This document shows positions 29,498 through 39,502 of a stretch of DNA of 64,000 nucleotides, one piece after another. Under the pieces are notes generated by a model. It worked only from the letters and a program-made list of their open reading frames with translations. It searched no databases and was not told where the DNA came from. The stretch's first letter is position 1. Each line of letters starts with the position of its first letter. A program made the translations under genes and the position numbers. This DNA comes from Steroidobacteraceae bacterium (GTDB taxonomy: Bacteria; Pseudomonadota; Gammaproteobacteria; Steroidobacterales; Steroidobacteraceae): positions 24,120-88,119 of the forward strand of contig DASQYM010000003.1 in assembly GCA_035639195.1 (NCBI GenBank), given 5' to 3'.

Positions 29498-32400
29498 TCA
29501 CCCGGAGAGCGCCGCCAGTGTCCGCAACGGCACTCCCACCCAATCGGGCCGGTTGAGCAAGGCCCGTTGCAGATCGGCACTGGCTGTTTCCAGCTCGAAC
29601 AACCGCAGCAGCGGCATGACCTGCGTCAGCGACTCGTACAGGCCACTGCCGCCCGCGCTTTCATCGTAGGCATCGAGGAAAGCGCTGCGCGTCTGCTGCT
29701 CCCAGGCGTCGAGTTGCGGCTCCCAGCGGTCGCGGTCATTGGCCGAGATCAGCGAGCATTGTTGTAACGCCATGCGGCGTGCGTAAGCAAACGAACGCAG
29801 CATGGAGGCAACGTCGGCGAGGGGAGAGCAGCGGCGTCGCTGCCCGGCGACGCTCTGGCCCGCGGCACCAACATCCGTGATGATGAAGTCGTTGCGACGC
29901 AGCAGAGCCTGGCGCAGGTGAAAGTCACCGTGACAGCGTATCTTCAGGCCGCGCGGCACGGTGGTGCGGGGCACCGCGAGGCTACGCAGCAGTGCGGCGC
30001 GGCGCGCTACCACCGTGGCCGCGCTCGCCGCAGCGCCCGGTGCAAGCTGCGCGCTGTGCTCGGCCAACATCTTGAGCGCCGCGGTGAGAGCGGCATGCGC
30101 GACGCGCCGCCATGCCTCCAGATCCGTCGCCGTAATCGGCTCCGGCGCGAGTGTGGGCTCGGTCGCGGCCGCCAACACGGCGTGCAGCTGAGCGGTACGC
30201 TTCGCGAGCGTGCGCACCAGCGCCAGATACAACCCGTGCGCATCGGCGGGCCGTGCCGGCTGAGTGACGCGCTCCTCGAGAAAGCGCACCAGGTGGTTGA
30301 CGGTATAGTCCCAACCGTCCCCCTGGTTGGAGACAAAGCCCTCCAGCAGCGCCAGCGTGCACGGCGTCTCGTCGCCGCGCTGGTACTCGATCACGCCCGC
30401 GAGCGGCGGGCTGTTGGGGAAATGTGCCACTTCGGTGAGATAACGCGCGAGATCCACCGCGCGGCTGCCGCCCGCGTGCAGCCGGCGGAAGATCTTGAGG
30501 AAGAACGCATCGCCGATGCGCACGGTGGAATTGGCCCCCTGCGGGCCTGCGGGCCCGAGCGACAGCTCGCCGGGATGCGCCGCGCGCAGCTCACCGAAGG
30601 CCGAGGTCGGCGTGCAGCGCATCCGCCCGAGGCGCGTGCCGAGCTCCCTGCCGGCACCGATGGCATCGATGACCGTGCGGCAGAAGTCCTCGTCCGCCGC
30701 TGCGTCCGCGAGCACTCCGGTGGCGGCATGCTGACGTACGCGCGCGAGCGCAGCCGGCAACAGCCGTCGATAGCGGGCCTCGTCGGCATCTTCCAGAGCA
30801 ATGGTCAACGGCACGAAATAATGTCCGGCCTGCGCTCCGCTGCGGACTTCGAAGATCGCGACCAGCCAGCGCTCGAGATCCGGCTGCGGCACGCACCAGT
30901 CCTCGAGCGTGGCGCCGGCCGCTCCCGCACCACGCGCCGCCGGCATCTGACCGACTGCCATGCCGACCGGCGCCGCCCAGCGCTGGGTCGCGAGATACCC
31001 TGGGAGCACGCGCCCCTCGAGCTGCGCCCGCAGCGCGTTCGCGAGGTTGGTTCGCCAGGGCGCAACGCGCTCGGGAAAGAAGCTGCCCCAGCCCTCGATG
31101 AGCACGAGCACCGGCAGGTCTTCGCGTGCGCCGCGCTCATCGTGCCAGGGAGGCGCCTCGGCCGTGCGGCTCAGGCGAAACCAGTAGAAGGCATAGCCGG
31201 GCAACGTCAGCAGGTACGGGAGCTCGCCGATCGGCGGGAATGGCGAGCGGCCGAGCAGCTCGATGGGCACCGCGCCCTTGTGGTCGGCGAGATCGAGCTC
31301 GACCGGCTGCGCCGAGCGCGCGAGGTTCGCCACGCACAGGATGGTGTCGGCGCCGTGCTGGCGCAGGTAGACGAGCACACGGCGATTGCCAGGCCGGATG
31401 AAACGCAGCGTCCCGCGGCCGAACGCCTGGGAGCTGCGGCGCACCTGCAGCATGTGCTTCATCCAGTTGAGGAGCGATGAGCGGTCGCGGCTCTGCGCCT
31501 CCACGTTTACCGCCTCGTAGCCGTAGATCGGATCCATGATGGGGGGCAGGTAGAGCTGCTGTGGGTCGGCGCGCGAGAAACCGGCGTTGCGGTCCGGGCT
31601 CCACTGCATCGGGGTGCGCAGGCCATTGCGATCACCGAGGAACACGTTATCGCCCATGCCGATCTCATCGCCGTAGTAGATGATCGGCGCCCCGGGCATC
31701 GACAACAGCAGGCTGTTCATGAGCTTGATGCGCTCGGGATCGTTCTCGAGCAGCGGCGCGAGTCGGCGGCGGATGCCGAGGTTGAGCCGCGCGCGTGCAT
31801 CCGCGGCGTACGCCTGGTACATGTAGTCGCGCTCGCGGCTGGTCACCATCTCGAGTGTCAGCTCGTCGTGATTGCGCAGGAAGATCGCCCACTGACAGGT
31901 GTCGGGAATGTCGGGGGTCTGCTCCATGATCTCGACGATCGGATGGCGGTCCTCCTGCGCGATGGCCATGTACATGCGCGGCATCAGAGGAAAGTGATAC
32001 GCCATCTGGCATTCATCGCGGCCGTCGCCGAAGTAGTCGCGCACGTCCTCCGGCCACTGGTTGGCCTCCGCCAGCAGCATGCGATCTCCGAAGTGGCTGG
32101 AGATCGCGCGGCGGATGACGCGGATGATCTCGTGCGTCTCGCGCAGGTTCTCATTGATGGTGCCTTCGCGCTCGACCAGATACGGCACCGCGTCCAGGCG
32201 GAAACCATCGACGCCGAGCCGCAGCCAGAAGTCCATGACCCGCAACATCGCGCGCAGTACCTGCGGATTGTCGAAGTTCAGGTCCGGCTGGTGACTGAAG
32301 AAGCGGTGCCAGTAGTAGGCACGCGCCACCGGATCCCAGGCCCAGTTGGAAGTCTCGGTATCGCGGAAGATGATGCGCGTGCCGGAGTAGCGCTGCGGGC

Positions 32401-32824
32401 TGTCGCTCCAGACGTACCAGTCGCGTTTGCTCGAGCCGGGCGGAGCGAGCCGCGCCGCCTGAAACCAGGGGTGGGCGTCAGAAGTGTGGTTCAGCACCAG
32501 CTCGGTGATCACCCGCAGGTTGCGGCGGTGCGCCTCGCGCACGAACGCGCGAAACTGCGTGCGCGTGCCGTACTGCGGGTGGATGCTGTGATAGTCGGCG
32601 ATGTCGTAGCCGTCGTCACGGCCGGGCGAGGGGTAGAACGGCAGCAACCAGATCGTGTTGACGCCAAGGTCCTGAATGTACTCGAGCTTGCGCGTCAGGC
32701 CGAGGAAATCGCCGACGCCATCGTCGTTGGCGTCGAAGAAGGCGCGCACGTGCACCTCGTAGATGACCGCGTCCTTGAACCACAGCGGATCACCGTCCGC
32801 AGCTTGCTGGGGTCGCACACTCAT
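29498..32824 (-). CDS. treS: trehalose synthase fused to maltokinase (TreS-Pep2)
   Basis: 1108 aa. The N-terminal GH13 TreS part has WFKDAVIYEVHVRAFFDANDDGVGDF and VITELVLNHTSDAHPWF. The C-terminal part of about 450 aa is maltokinase-like (FFLKIFRRLHAGGSRAVDLARYLTE). Confidence 0.93.
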   Translation of the reverse strand: MSVRPQQAADGDPLWFKDAVIYEVHVRAFFDANDDGVGDFLGLTRKLEYIQDLGVNTIWLLPFYPSPGRDDGYDIADYHSIHPQYGTRTQFRAFVREAHRRNLRVITELVLNHTSDAHPWFQAARLAPPGSSKRDWYVWSDSPQRYSGTRIIFRDTETSNWAWDPVARAYYWHRFFSHQPDLNFDNPQVLRAMLRVMDFWLRLGVDGFRLDAVPYLVEREGTINENLRETHEIIRVIRRAISSHFGDRMLLAEANQWPEDVRDYFGDGRDECQMAYHFPLMPRMYMAIAQEDRHPIVEIMEQTPDIPDTCQWAIFLRNHDELTLEMVTSRERDYMYQAYAADARARLNLGIRRRLAPLLENDPERIKLMNSLLLSMPGAPIIYYGDEIGMGDNVFLGDRNGLRTPMQWSPDRNAGFSRADPQQLYLPPIMDPIYGYEAVNVEAQSRDRSSLLNWMKHMLQVRRSSQAFGRGTLRFIRPGNRRVLVYLRQHGADTILCVANLARSAQPVELDLADHKGAVPIELLGRSPFPPIGELPYLLTLPGYAFYWFRLSRTAEAPPWHDERGAREDLPVLVLIEGWGSFFPERVAPWRTNLANALRAQLEGRVLPGYLATQRWAAPVGMAVGQMPAARGAGAAGATLEDWCVPQPDLERWLVAIFEVRSGAQAGHYFVPLTIALEDADEARYRRLLPAALARVRQHAATGVLADAAADEDFCRTVIDAIGAGRELGTRLGRMRCTPTSAFGELRAAHPGELSLGPAGPQGANSTVRIGDAFFLKIFRRLHAGGSRAVDLARYLTEVAHFPNSPPLAGVIEYQRGDETPCTLALLEGFVSNQGDGWDYTVNHLVRFLEERVTQPARPADAHGLYLALVRTLAKRTAQLHAVLAAATEPTLAPEPITATDLEAWRRVAHAALTAALKMLAEHSAQLAPGAAASAATVVARRAALLRSLAVPRTTVPRGLKIRCHGDFHLRQALLRRNDFIITDVGAAGQSVAGQRRRCSPLADVASMLRSFAYARRMALQQCSLISANDRDRWEPQLDAWEQQTRSAFLDAYDESAGGSGLYESLTQVMPLLRLFELETASADLQRALLNRPDWVGVPLRTLAALSG

Positions 32825-32837
32825 GGCTTCGGTGCGG

Positions 32838-34727
32838 CTACTGCGGCATCAGCACGACGACCGCGAGCGGCGGCAGTCGCACCCGCAGCGAGTGCGGATG
32901 GCCGTGCGCGGCGATGTCGTCGGCATCCACCGCGCCGAGGTTCCCCTGGCCGCTGCCGCCATAGTCGCTGGCATCGCTGTTGAGGCATTCGCGCCAGCGG
33001 CCTCCTTGCGGCACGCCGATCTGGTAATGCGCACGCGCTACCGGCGTGAAGTTACAGACCACGAGCACCGGCGGACCGCTGCTGCCCATGCGCAGGTAGG
33101 AGATCACGCTGATGTCGGCGTCGGCACAATCGACCCAGGCGAAGCCCGCCTCGGTGAAGTCAAGCTCGTGCAGCGCCGGGGTGAGCCGGTAGAGTCGGTT
33201 CAGATCAGCTACCCAGCGCTGTACACCGGCATGCAGTGGATGCTGCAGCACGTGCCACTCGAGGCTCTCGTCGTGGTGCCATTCGCGCCGCTGCGCGAAC
33301 TCCCCGCCCATGAAAAGCAGTTTCTTGCCCGGGTGCGTCCACATGTAGCCGTACAGCAGCCGTAGCCCGGCAAACTGCTGCCACTCATCGCCGGGCATGC
33401 GGCCGATGAGCGAGCCTTTGCCGTGCACCACCTCATCGTGCGACAGCGGCAGCACGAAATTCTCACTGAAGGCGTACCAGATGCTGAAGGTGAGCCGGCT
33501 GTGGTGGTATTTGCGGTGCACAGGATCCTGCTGCAGGTACTTGAGCGTGTCGTGCATCCATCCCAGGTTCCACTTGAGGCCGAAGCCGAGTCCGCCGAGG
33601 TAGGTCGGACGCGACACCATCGGCCAGGCGGTGGATTCCTCGGCTATGGTCTGGGTATCGGGGTGATCGCGGTAGGCTGCGAGATTCAGCTGCCTGAGGA
33701 ATTCGACCGCCTCGAGATTTTCGTGACCGCCGAAGCGGTTGGGAATCCACTCACCGGCACGACGGCCGTAATCGAGATACAGCATCGAGGCCACCGCATC
33801 GACGCGCAGTGCGTCGATGTGATACTTCTCCAGCCAGAAGAGCGCACTGCTCGCGAGGAAGTTGCGCACCTCGGCGCGCCCGTAGTTGAAGATCGAGCTG
33901 TTCCATTCGGGATGGAATCCCTGACGTGGATCGGCGTGCTCGTAGAGATGCGTGCCATCGAACAACGCCAGTCCGTGCTCATCGGCCGGGAAGTGCGAAG
34001 GTACCCAGTCGAGGATCACTCCGAGCCCGCGCTGGTGCAGATAGTCGATGAGATACATGAGGTCCTGCGGAGTGCCATAGCGCGCCGTCGGCGCGAAATA
34101 GCCGGTGACCTGATACCCCCAGGAGCCGTAGAACGGATGCTCCATTACCGGTAGCAGCTCGACGTGCGTGAAGCCGAGGTCGGTCGCGTAACCGGCAATC
34201 GCGTGGGCGAGCTCGCGGTAGCTCAGAAAGCGGTTGTGCTCCTCCGGCGCTCGCCGCCAGGAGCCGAGATGCAGCTCATAGATCGACCAGGGGCTGCCGA
34301 GGGCATTGGCGCCGGCGCGGCGCTGCATCCAGTGTGCATCCTGCCATGCGTAGGCGAGATCCCACACAACCGAGGCGGTGCGTGGCGGAAGCTCCGTGCG
34401 GAACGCGTATGGATCGCTCTTGTCGACGGCATGGCCGCCGCCGCTCGGGACGACGTGGTACTTGTAGAGCGCGCCCGGGCCAACACCTTCCAGCACGCCC
34501 TCCCAGATGCCCGAGGAATCCTCGCGCGGGCTCAGGGGCGCATGGCCGCGCCGCCAGTGATTGAAATCGCCGATGACAGATACGGCGCTGGCATTCGGTG
34601 CCCACACTGCAAAGCGGGTAGCGCGCGCTGGATCGGCGCGCGTCGCGGGGTGGGCACCAAGCTTCTCGTACGCCCGGAAATAAGTGCCCTCGCGGAAATG
34701 GTAGATGTCCTGCTCCGTCAACAGCAC
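32838..34727 (-). CDS. glgB: 1,4-alpha-glucan branching enzyme (short, 629-aa form)
   Basis: [47 protein letters not shown] and [17 protein letters not shown] start 34727. The stop lies 13 nt before treS. Confidence 0.93.
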   Translation of the reverse strand: MLLTEQDIYHFREGTYFRAYEKLGAHPATRADPARATRFAVWAPNASAVSVIGDFNHWRRGHAPLSPREDSSGIWEGVLEGVGPGALYKYHVVPSGGGHAVDKSDPYAFRTELPPRTASVVWDLAYAWQDAHWMQRRAGANALGSPWSIYELHLGSWRRAPEEHNRFLSYRELAHAIAGYATDLGFTHVELLPVMEHPFYGSWGYQVTGYFAPTARYGTPQDLMYLIDYLHQRGLGVILDWVPSHFPADEHGLALFDGTHLYEHADPRQGFHPEWNSSIFNYGRAEVRNFLASSALFWLEKYHIDALRVDAVASMLYLDYGRRAGEWIPNRFGGHENLEAVEFLRQLNLAAYRDHPDTQTIAEESTAWPMVSRPTYLGGLGFGLKWNLGWMHDTLKYLQQDPVHRKYHHSRLTFSIWYAFSENFVLPLSHDEVVHGKGSLIGRMPGDEWQQFAGLRLLYGYMWTHPGKKLLFMGGEFAQRREWHHDESLEWHVLQHPLHAGVQRWVADLNRLYRLTPALHELDFTEAGFAWVDCADADISVISYLRMGSSGPPVLVVCNFTPVARAHYQIGVPQGGRWRECLNSDASDYGGSGQGNLGAVDADDIAAHGHPHSLRVRLPPLAVVVLMPQ

Positions 34728-34746
34728 CGGGAAAGTCTACTGGGGT

Positions 34747-34814
34747 CCCCACGAAATTGCGCTCTCGATCGTGGATGCAGGTGCGCTGAACGTGGCGGGC
34801 GCAATTTCGTGGGG
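34747..34814 (-). promoter_or_regulatory. perfect 16-bp inverted repeat (CCCCACGAAATTGCGC ... GCGCAATTTCGTGGGG) with a 36-nt loop, in the glgB leader
   Basis: Arms at 34747-34762 and 34799-34814 were verified base by base. The element ends 19 nt upstream of the glgB GTG. Confidence 0.5.
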
Positions 34815-34965
34815 TGGGTTGACGGGGTTCGCAGGTAATTACGCTTCCCGAGGAGGGTTGACAACTCGCTGCAGCGGAGCGAGCACCAGCTCGTGGGTCG
34901 CTGGAGCGCGCGCCGAGCTCCAGCTCACAACCGCATGGGTTTTTGCGAGGCGGGCGGGGTGCCCG

Positions 34966-37587
34966 TCAGGTGACGCGGCGTCGCCCCGAGCTGCCGAGGT
35001 AGACGAGCGGATCTGCGCCCTCGCGGCGCCCCTGCTGCAGTGCCGTATCGAGAGCGAGCCGTGCCCGCGCGCCGGCGGCCTGCGCCTCGCGTAAGGTGGC
35101 TGATGCCTCCACAGGATGGGCGAGCAGGAAACCCTGCACGCCGATCGGGCCGCAGCGGGAGAGAAATTCCAGCTGCGCGGCGCGCTCGACGCCTTCAGCC
35201 ACCACCTGCAGCCCGAGTCCATGGCACAGCGCAACGATGGAGCGCACGATGGCGCCCGAGCGCGCGTTGGTATCGACTCCCGCAATGAGCAGGCGGTCGA
35301 GCTTGACGCGGTTGATCGGCAGCTGCTCGAGCGAGGTGAGCGAGGAGTAGCCGATGCCGAAATCATCGAGTGCGATGGCGACGCCGAGGGAGCGCAGGCG
35401 CCGCAGAGACTCGATCGTGGTCGGTCCGGTCTGGAATACCGTCTCGGTGATCTCCAGCTCGAGCGCGCTTGCCGGCAGTCCGGTCATCTCCAGCGTGCGG
35501 CCGACGTGCTCGACGAAGTCACGCTCGAAGAACTGCGGGGCGGACACGTTGACGGCGACGCTCGCGCGCTGCCAGCCTTGCGTGCGCCATGCGGCCGCGG
35601 CCGCCGCGGCGTTGTGCAGTATCCAGTCGGTGAGGTCGTGGATGAGACCCGTCTTTTCGGCGACATGGATGAATTCCTGCGCGTTGGCAATACGCCCGTC
35701 GGGCCGTCGCCAGCGCAGTAGTGCCTCGACCTCGGTCGACTCGAACGAGCTCAGCGATACCTGCGGCTGGTACATGAGCAGCAGCTCACCGCCCTCGACC
35801 GCGCGCCGCAGCGACTGCTCGAGCCGGAAACGCTGTGCCGCGGCATCGTACAGCGCCGGACTGTAGAGCGCGAAGCGGTTGCGGCCGAGCTCCTTGGCAC
35901 GAAACAGCGCTACGTCCGCCGCGCGCAACAGTCCTTCCGCATCCGCTGCGTGATCGGGATAAAGACTGGCACCCACACTGGCACTGGTGGTGAGTACGCG
36001 GCCATCGACCACGAGCGGCTGTTGGAGCGTCGCGACCAGCTGTGCGGCATGGTTCGCCACCTGATCCGGCGATTTGACATTCTCGAGCAGCACCGTGAAC
36101 TCATCCCCGCCAAGGCGCGCGAGTAGTCCGGTGGTGCGCGTCGCGGCATGCAGTCGCTGTGCGATGTGCTGCAGCACGCGGTCGCCGAAGCTGTGGCCCA
36201 GGGTATCGTTGATCGACTTGAAGTTGTCGACATCGACAAACAGCAGTGCAAGGCGCTGGCGGCTGCCGGCGCGCGCGAGCGCTCCCTCGAGGTGCGCGGA
36301 GAGCTTGCGGCGGTTGGGCAGCTGAGTCAGCGGATCGTGATGGGCCAGATGGTGGAGCTGACGCGTGCGCTCGGCCACGTGGCGCTCGAGCTCCGCCTGA
36401 TGCGCGCGCAGTTCGGCCTCCGCCGAGGCGATGCGGTCCGCCATGGTGTTGAAGGATTCGGCGAGCTCATCGATCTCCGCCGAACCGCCGCGGCGCGCGC
36501 GCGCAGCACGGTCGCCGCTCGCGAACTGGCGCGTCGCCGCGGTCAGGCGGCGCACCGGCAGACTGATGCTGCCGACGAGCAGCACGGACACGACCGCGAG
36601 CAAGGCCAGCACGGCGGCCCCGGTATCGCGCAGTGTGTGTTCGGCGCCCTCGGCGGCGGTGGCTGCATGCTGGGCGGCCTGCAGCAGCCCCGCGCGCGCC
36701 GGCCGCTGCAGCTGCTCCTGCACACCCTCGGTGAGAGCCGCGCTGTCCTCGAGCAGGCTGTGCCATTCTGCGCCGCTCTGCTCATCGTAGCGCTCGATCT
36801 GCAGCCGCAAGCGCGCGGCCGTCTGGAAGTCGTGACGCACGAGGCTGAGCCAGGCATGTCCGGGCGAGTTCTCGAACTCCACGACGTGCGCATCGAGCAC
36901 CGCCATGAAATCGCGCTCGCGGCGTGCGATGACTGCCGAAGTGTCGAAGTTGCCGCGCACCGAGTTGATGGCGGACTCGAGCTCTGAGAGCGAGCGCCGC
37001 GCCACCACCTGCGTTCCATTGATGGCGAGTCCCGAGCCGCCGGCGGACGCGATGCGCTCGTACACGCGTGTCAGAGCCGCTTGACGCTCCTCGACCCACT
37101 GCAGACGCTGCGCCGAGCGGCTGGCGAGTTGACGCGCTACCGAGATGTGGCGGGTGAGCTGCGCGCGCAGTCCGGCGGCGGCTGATGGCACCGAAGCAGC
37201 GGGCGCGTTGTGGAAGTACGCCGCGACCGCGCTCTCGAGCGCCGCACCGGCGGCATTGATGGCGCTGAAGTCCGCGGCGCTGTGCGCCTGCACGTACTCG
37301 CCCACCGCACGGTCGTAGGCGACGAGCTTCTCGAGCACGAGGTTTGCCGCGCTGGCGAGAGGCTCGTGCTCGTTCTGCATGCTGCGCACGGCACCGAGCG
37401 CCTCGCGCGTGGTCCGCGTTGCCAGCACTTCGCCGGCGATCAGCACGGCGGCGACCGCCGTCAGACCAAGAATCAGCCGCCAGCCGATGCCTAAGCGGGG
37501 CCGGCCTCCCCAGGGCCAGGCATGCCGCGCGGGCGCGCGTGGGGCGCCGGTTGGCGGGGAGGCAGTTTCAGCCATGGCATCGGGCAT
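34966..37587 (-). CDS. membrane sensor protein with HAMP, GGDEF and EAL domains
   Basis: TM1 is followed by a helical periplasmic region of about 330 aa, then TM2, HAMP (LPVRRLTAATRQFASGD...) and a coiled coil. The motifs RLGGDEF, EALLRW and DDFGIGYSS are all intact. ATG 37587 or 37575 is the likely start. Confidence 0.9.
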   Translation of the reverse strand: MPDAMAETASPPTGAPRAPARHAWPWGGRPRLGIGWRLILGLTAVAAVLIAGEVLATRTTREALGAVRSMQNEHEPLASAANLVLEKLVAYDRAVGEYVQAHSAADFSAINAAGAALESAVAAYFHNAPAASVPSAAAGLRAQLTRHISVARQLASRSAQRLQWVEERQAALTRVYERIASAGGSGLAINGTQVVARRSLSELESAINSVRGNFDTSAVIARRERDFMAVLDAHVVEFENSPGHAWLSLVRHDFQTAARLRLQIERYDEQSGAEWHSLLEDSAALTEGVQEQLQRPARAGLLQAAQHAATAAEGAEHTLRDTGAAVLALLAVVSVLLVGSISLPVRRLTAATRQFASGDRAARARRGGSAEIDELAESFNTMADRIASAEAELRAHQAELERHVAERTRQLHHLAHHDPLTQLPNRRKLSAHLEGALARAGSRQRLALLFVDVDNFKSINDTLGHSFGDRVLQHIAQRLHAATRTTGLLARLGGDEFTVLLENVKSPDQVANHAAQLVATLQQPLVVDGRVLTTSASVGASLYPDHAADAEGLLRAADVALFRAKELGRNRFALYSPALYDAAAQRFRLEQSLRRAVEGGELLLMYQPQVSLSSFESTEVEALLRWRRPDGRIANAQEFIHVAEKTGLIHDLTDWILHNAAAAAAAWRTQGWQRASVAVNVSAPQFFERDFVEHVGRTLEMTGLPASALELEITETVFQTGPTTIESLRRLRSLGVAIALDDFGIGYSSLTSLEQLPINRVKLDRLLIAGVDTNARSGAIVRSIVALCHGLGLQVVAEGVERAAQLEFLSRCGPIGVQGFLLAHPVEASATLREAQAAGARARLALDTALQQGRREGADPLVYLGSSGRRRVT

Positions 37588-37838
37588 GCGACATAAGCCC
37601 AGTCGGGCGGCCGGCACGGGTCCGTGTGAAATGATCGCCGGTCGCTTGTCGCCCTTCCGAGGTGGGCATCGCATATCGGCGAGGCTGCGATCGCGGAAGG
37701 TGCCGCGCGGTGCGCGGCATAGGGGCGCAGAAGCCGGAAATGGCTGGTCGCCAGGGTTCCCGCGCGCCGGGCGGGGTGGGTAGGACACCGGCCGCTTTGG
37801 CCTATACTACTGCTCATCGATGAGGGGCGACCGAACGC

Positions 37839-38138
37839 ATGAGCGAGCTCGCGGACACCTTTGATGCGGCATTCTCCAAGGCGGTCGATCTGGGAAACCG
37901 GATTGCGGACAAGGACAAGGACGCCGATCTGTGGGATATCGCCGATGGGTTGCTGGCCGGCGCGATTCAGTACTGGCTGTACTCGCGGCAGCCCTGCGGT
38001 GATCCTCGTTGTCAGGACTGCATGCCGATCAGCACCGCGCAAGGGCGCATGGCGGAGCTGAACCGGTTGATCGGACAGCTCGCTTCCGAAAGCGAATATT
38101 TTCATACCCCGACCGACGCCAACGCCGGTCGCGCCTGA
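37839..38138 (+). CDS. small helical protein, DUF3144-like
   Basis: 99 aa with helical N- and C-terminal parts and a CGDPRCQDC cysteine cluster. The family assignment is from memory only. Confidence 0.5.
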   Translation: MSELADTFDAAFSKAVDLGNRIADKDKDADLWDIADGLLAGAIQYWLYSRQPCGDPRCQDCMPISTAQGRMAELNRLIGQLASESEYFHTPTDANAGRA

Positions 38139-38156
38139 AAAACCACCCGCAAGGAA

Positions 38157-39464
38157 TCAACCGGCCGCCTTCACCTTGACGCCACTCCCGGCCACTTCAC
38201 CGAGCGCGACCTCGAACAGACGGAAGCCTTCCTTCAACAGCGCGTCGGGGATGGTGAGCGGCGCCAGGAAGCGGATGACGTTCGCGTACACCCCGCAGGA
38301 GAGGATGATGAGCCCGTGGCGACCTGCTGCCTGAACCAGCGCGCGGGTGAGTTCCGGGTCCGGGGCGTCCGCGCGACCGTTCTTCACCAGCTCGAGCGCC
38401 ACCATCGCCCCGAGCGCGCGCACCTCGCCGATGCAGGGAAAGCTGACCGCGAGGCCCTTGAGGCGCGAGCTCATGAAGCGGCCGATCTCCTGCGCGCGTA
38501 CCAGCAGTTGCTCCTCGCGCATCACCTCGAGCACGGCGAGTCCAGCCGCGCACGCGAGCGGTGATCCGGCGAAGGTGCCGCCGAGCCCGCCAGGCGCCGG
38601 AGCGTCCATGATCTCGGCCTTGCCGATGACCGCCGACAACGGCACCCCGCCGGCGACACTCTTGGCGATAGTGATCAGGTCGGGCTCCACGCCGCTGTGC
38701 TCGATGGCAAACATTCGTCCGGTGCGCCCGAACCCCGACTGGATCTCATCGACGATCAGCACGATGCCGTGAGCGTCACAGACGGCGCGCAGACGTCGCA
38801 GCAGCTCCGTGGGTGCGGCGTAGAAGCCGCCTTCACCGAGCACCGGCTCGATGATGATGGCGGCGACTCGTGCCGGATCCACGTCCGCCTTGAACAGCTG
38901 CTCGAGCGCCGCGAGCGCGTGCTCGGTCGTCACCCCGTGATAGGGCATCGGGTACGGCAGGTGATAGACCTCCGGCAGCATCGGCCCGAAGCCCGCCTTG
39001 TAGGGCTGTACCTTGCCGGTGAGACTGATGCAGGCGAGCGTGCGTCCGTGGAAGCCGCCGGAAAAAGCGATGACGGCAGAGCGGCGCGTATGAAAGCGCG
39101 CGATCTTGAGCGCATTCTCCACCGCCTCCGCGCCGGTGGTGAGGAAGATGGTCTTTTTCGGGCCGCTGCCCGGCGCCAGCAAATTGAGCGCCTCGGCGAG
39201 TGCGATATAACTCTCGTACGGTGTCACCTGGAAGCAGGTATGTGTCAGCTTCTCCAGCTGGCGCCCAATGGCCGCGCGTATCTTCGGGTGCACGTGACCG
39301 GTGTTGAGCACCGAAATACCGCTGGCGAAGTCGATGTAGCGGCGCCCTTCGACGTCCCACAGCTCGGCATTGGTGGCGCGCTCGGCATAGACCGCGAGCG
39401 AGTTGCTGATCCCGCGTGGCACGGCCTGCTGACGCCGCGCGTGTAGTTCCGTGTTGGATGGCAA
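38157..39464 (-). CDS. gabT: 4-aminobutyrate--2-oxoglutarate transaminase (class III aminotransferase)
   Basis: TTG 39464 has GGAGGA 9 nt upstream. ELWDVEGRRYIDFASGISVLNTGHVHPK, LIVDEIQSGFGRTGRMFA and ITIAKSVAGG. The ORF-track start 39680 overlaps the upstream gene. Confidence 0.9.
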   Translation of the reverse strand: MPSNTELHARRQQAVPRGISNSLAVYAERATNAELWDVEGRRYIDFASGISVLNTGHVHPKIRAAIGRQLEKLTHTCFQVTPYESYIALAEALNLLAPGSGPKKTIFLTTGAEAVENALKIARFHTRRSAVIAFSGGFHGRTLACISLTGKVQPYKAGFGPMLPEVYHLPYPMPYHGVTTEHALAALEQLFKADVDPARVAAIIIEPVLGEGGFYAAPTELLRRLRAVCDAHGIVLIVDEIQSGFGRTGRMFAIEHSGVEPDLITIAKSVAGGVPLSAVIGKAEIMDAPAPGGLGGTFAGSPLACAAGLAVLEVMREEQLLVRAQEIGRFMSSRLKGLAVSFPCIGEVRALGAMVALELVKNGRADAPDPELTRALVQAAGRHGLIILSCGVYANVIRFLAPLTIPDALLKEGFRLFEVALGEVAGSGVKVKAAG

Positions 39465-39502
39465 GGTAGGGGTCCTCCGAGTAGTGGCGCGCGCTGCCCG
39501 CG

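Noticed and set aside
25763-31480. Series of 500-640-aa plus-strand ORFs (25763-27535, 27564-29474, 29918-31480) opposite treY, treZ and treS.
   Set aside because: All are antisense to well-supported GH13-family genes and lack any recognisable motifs. They are shadow ORFs.
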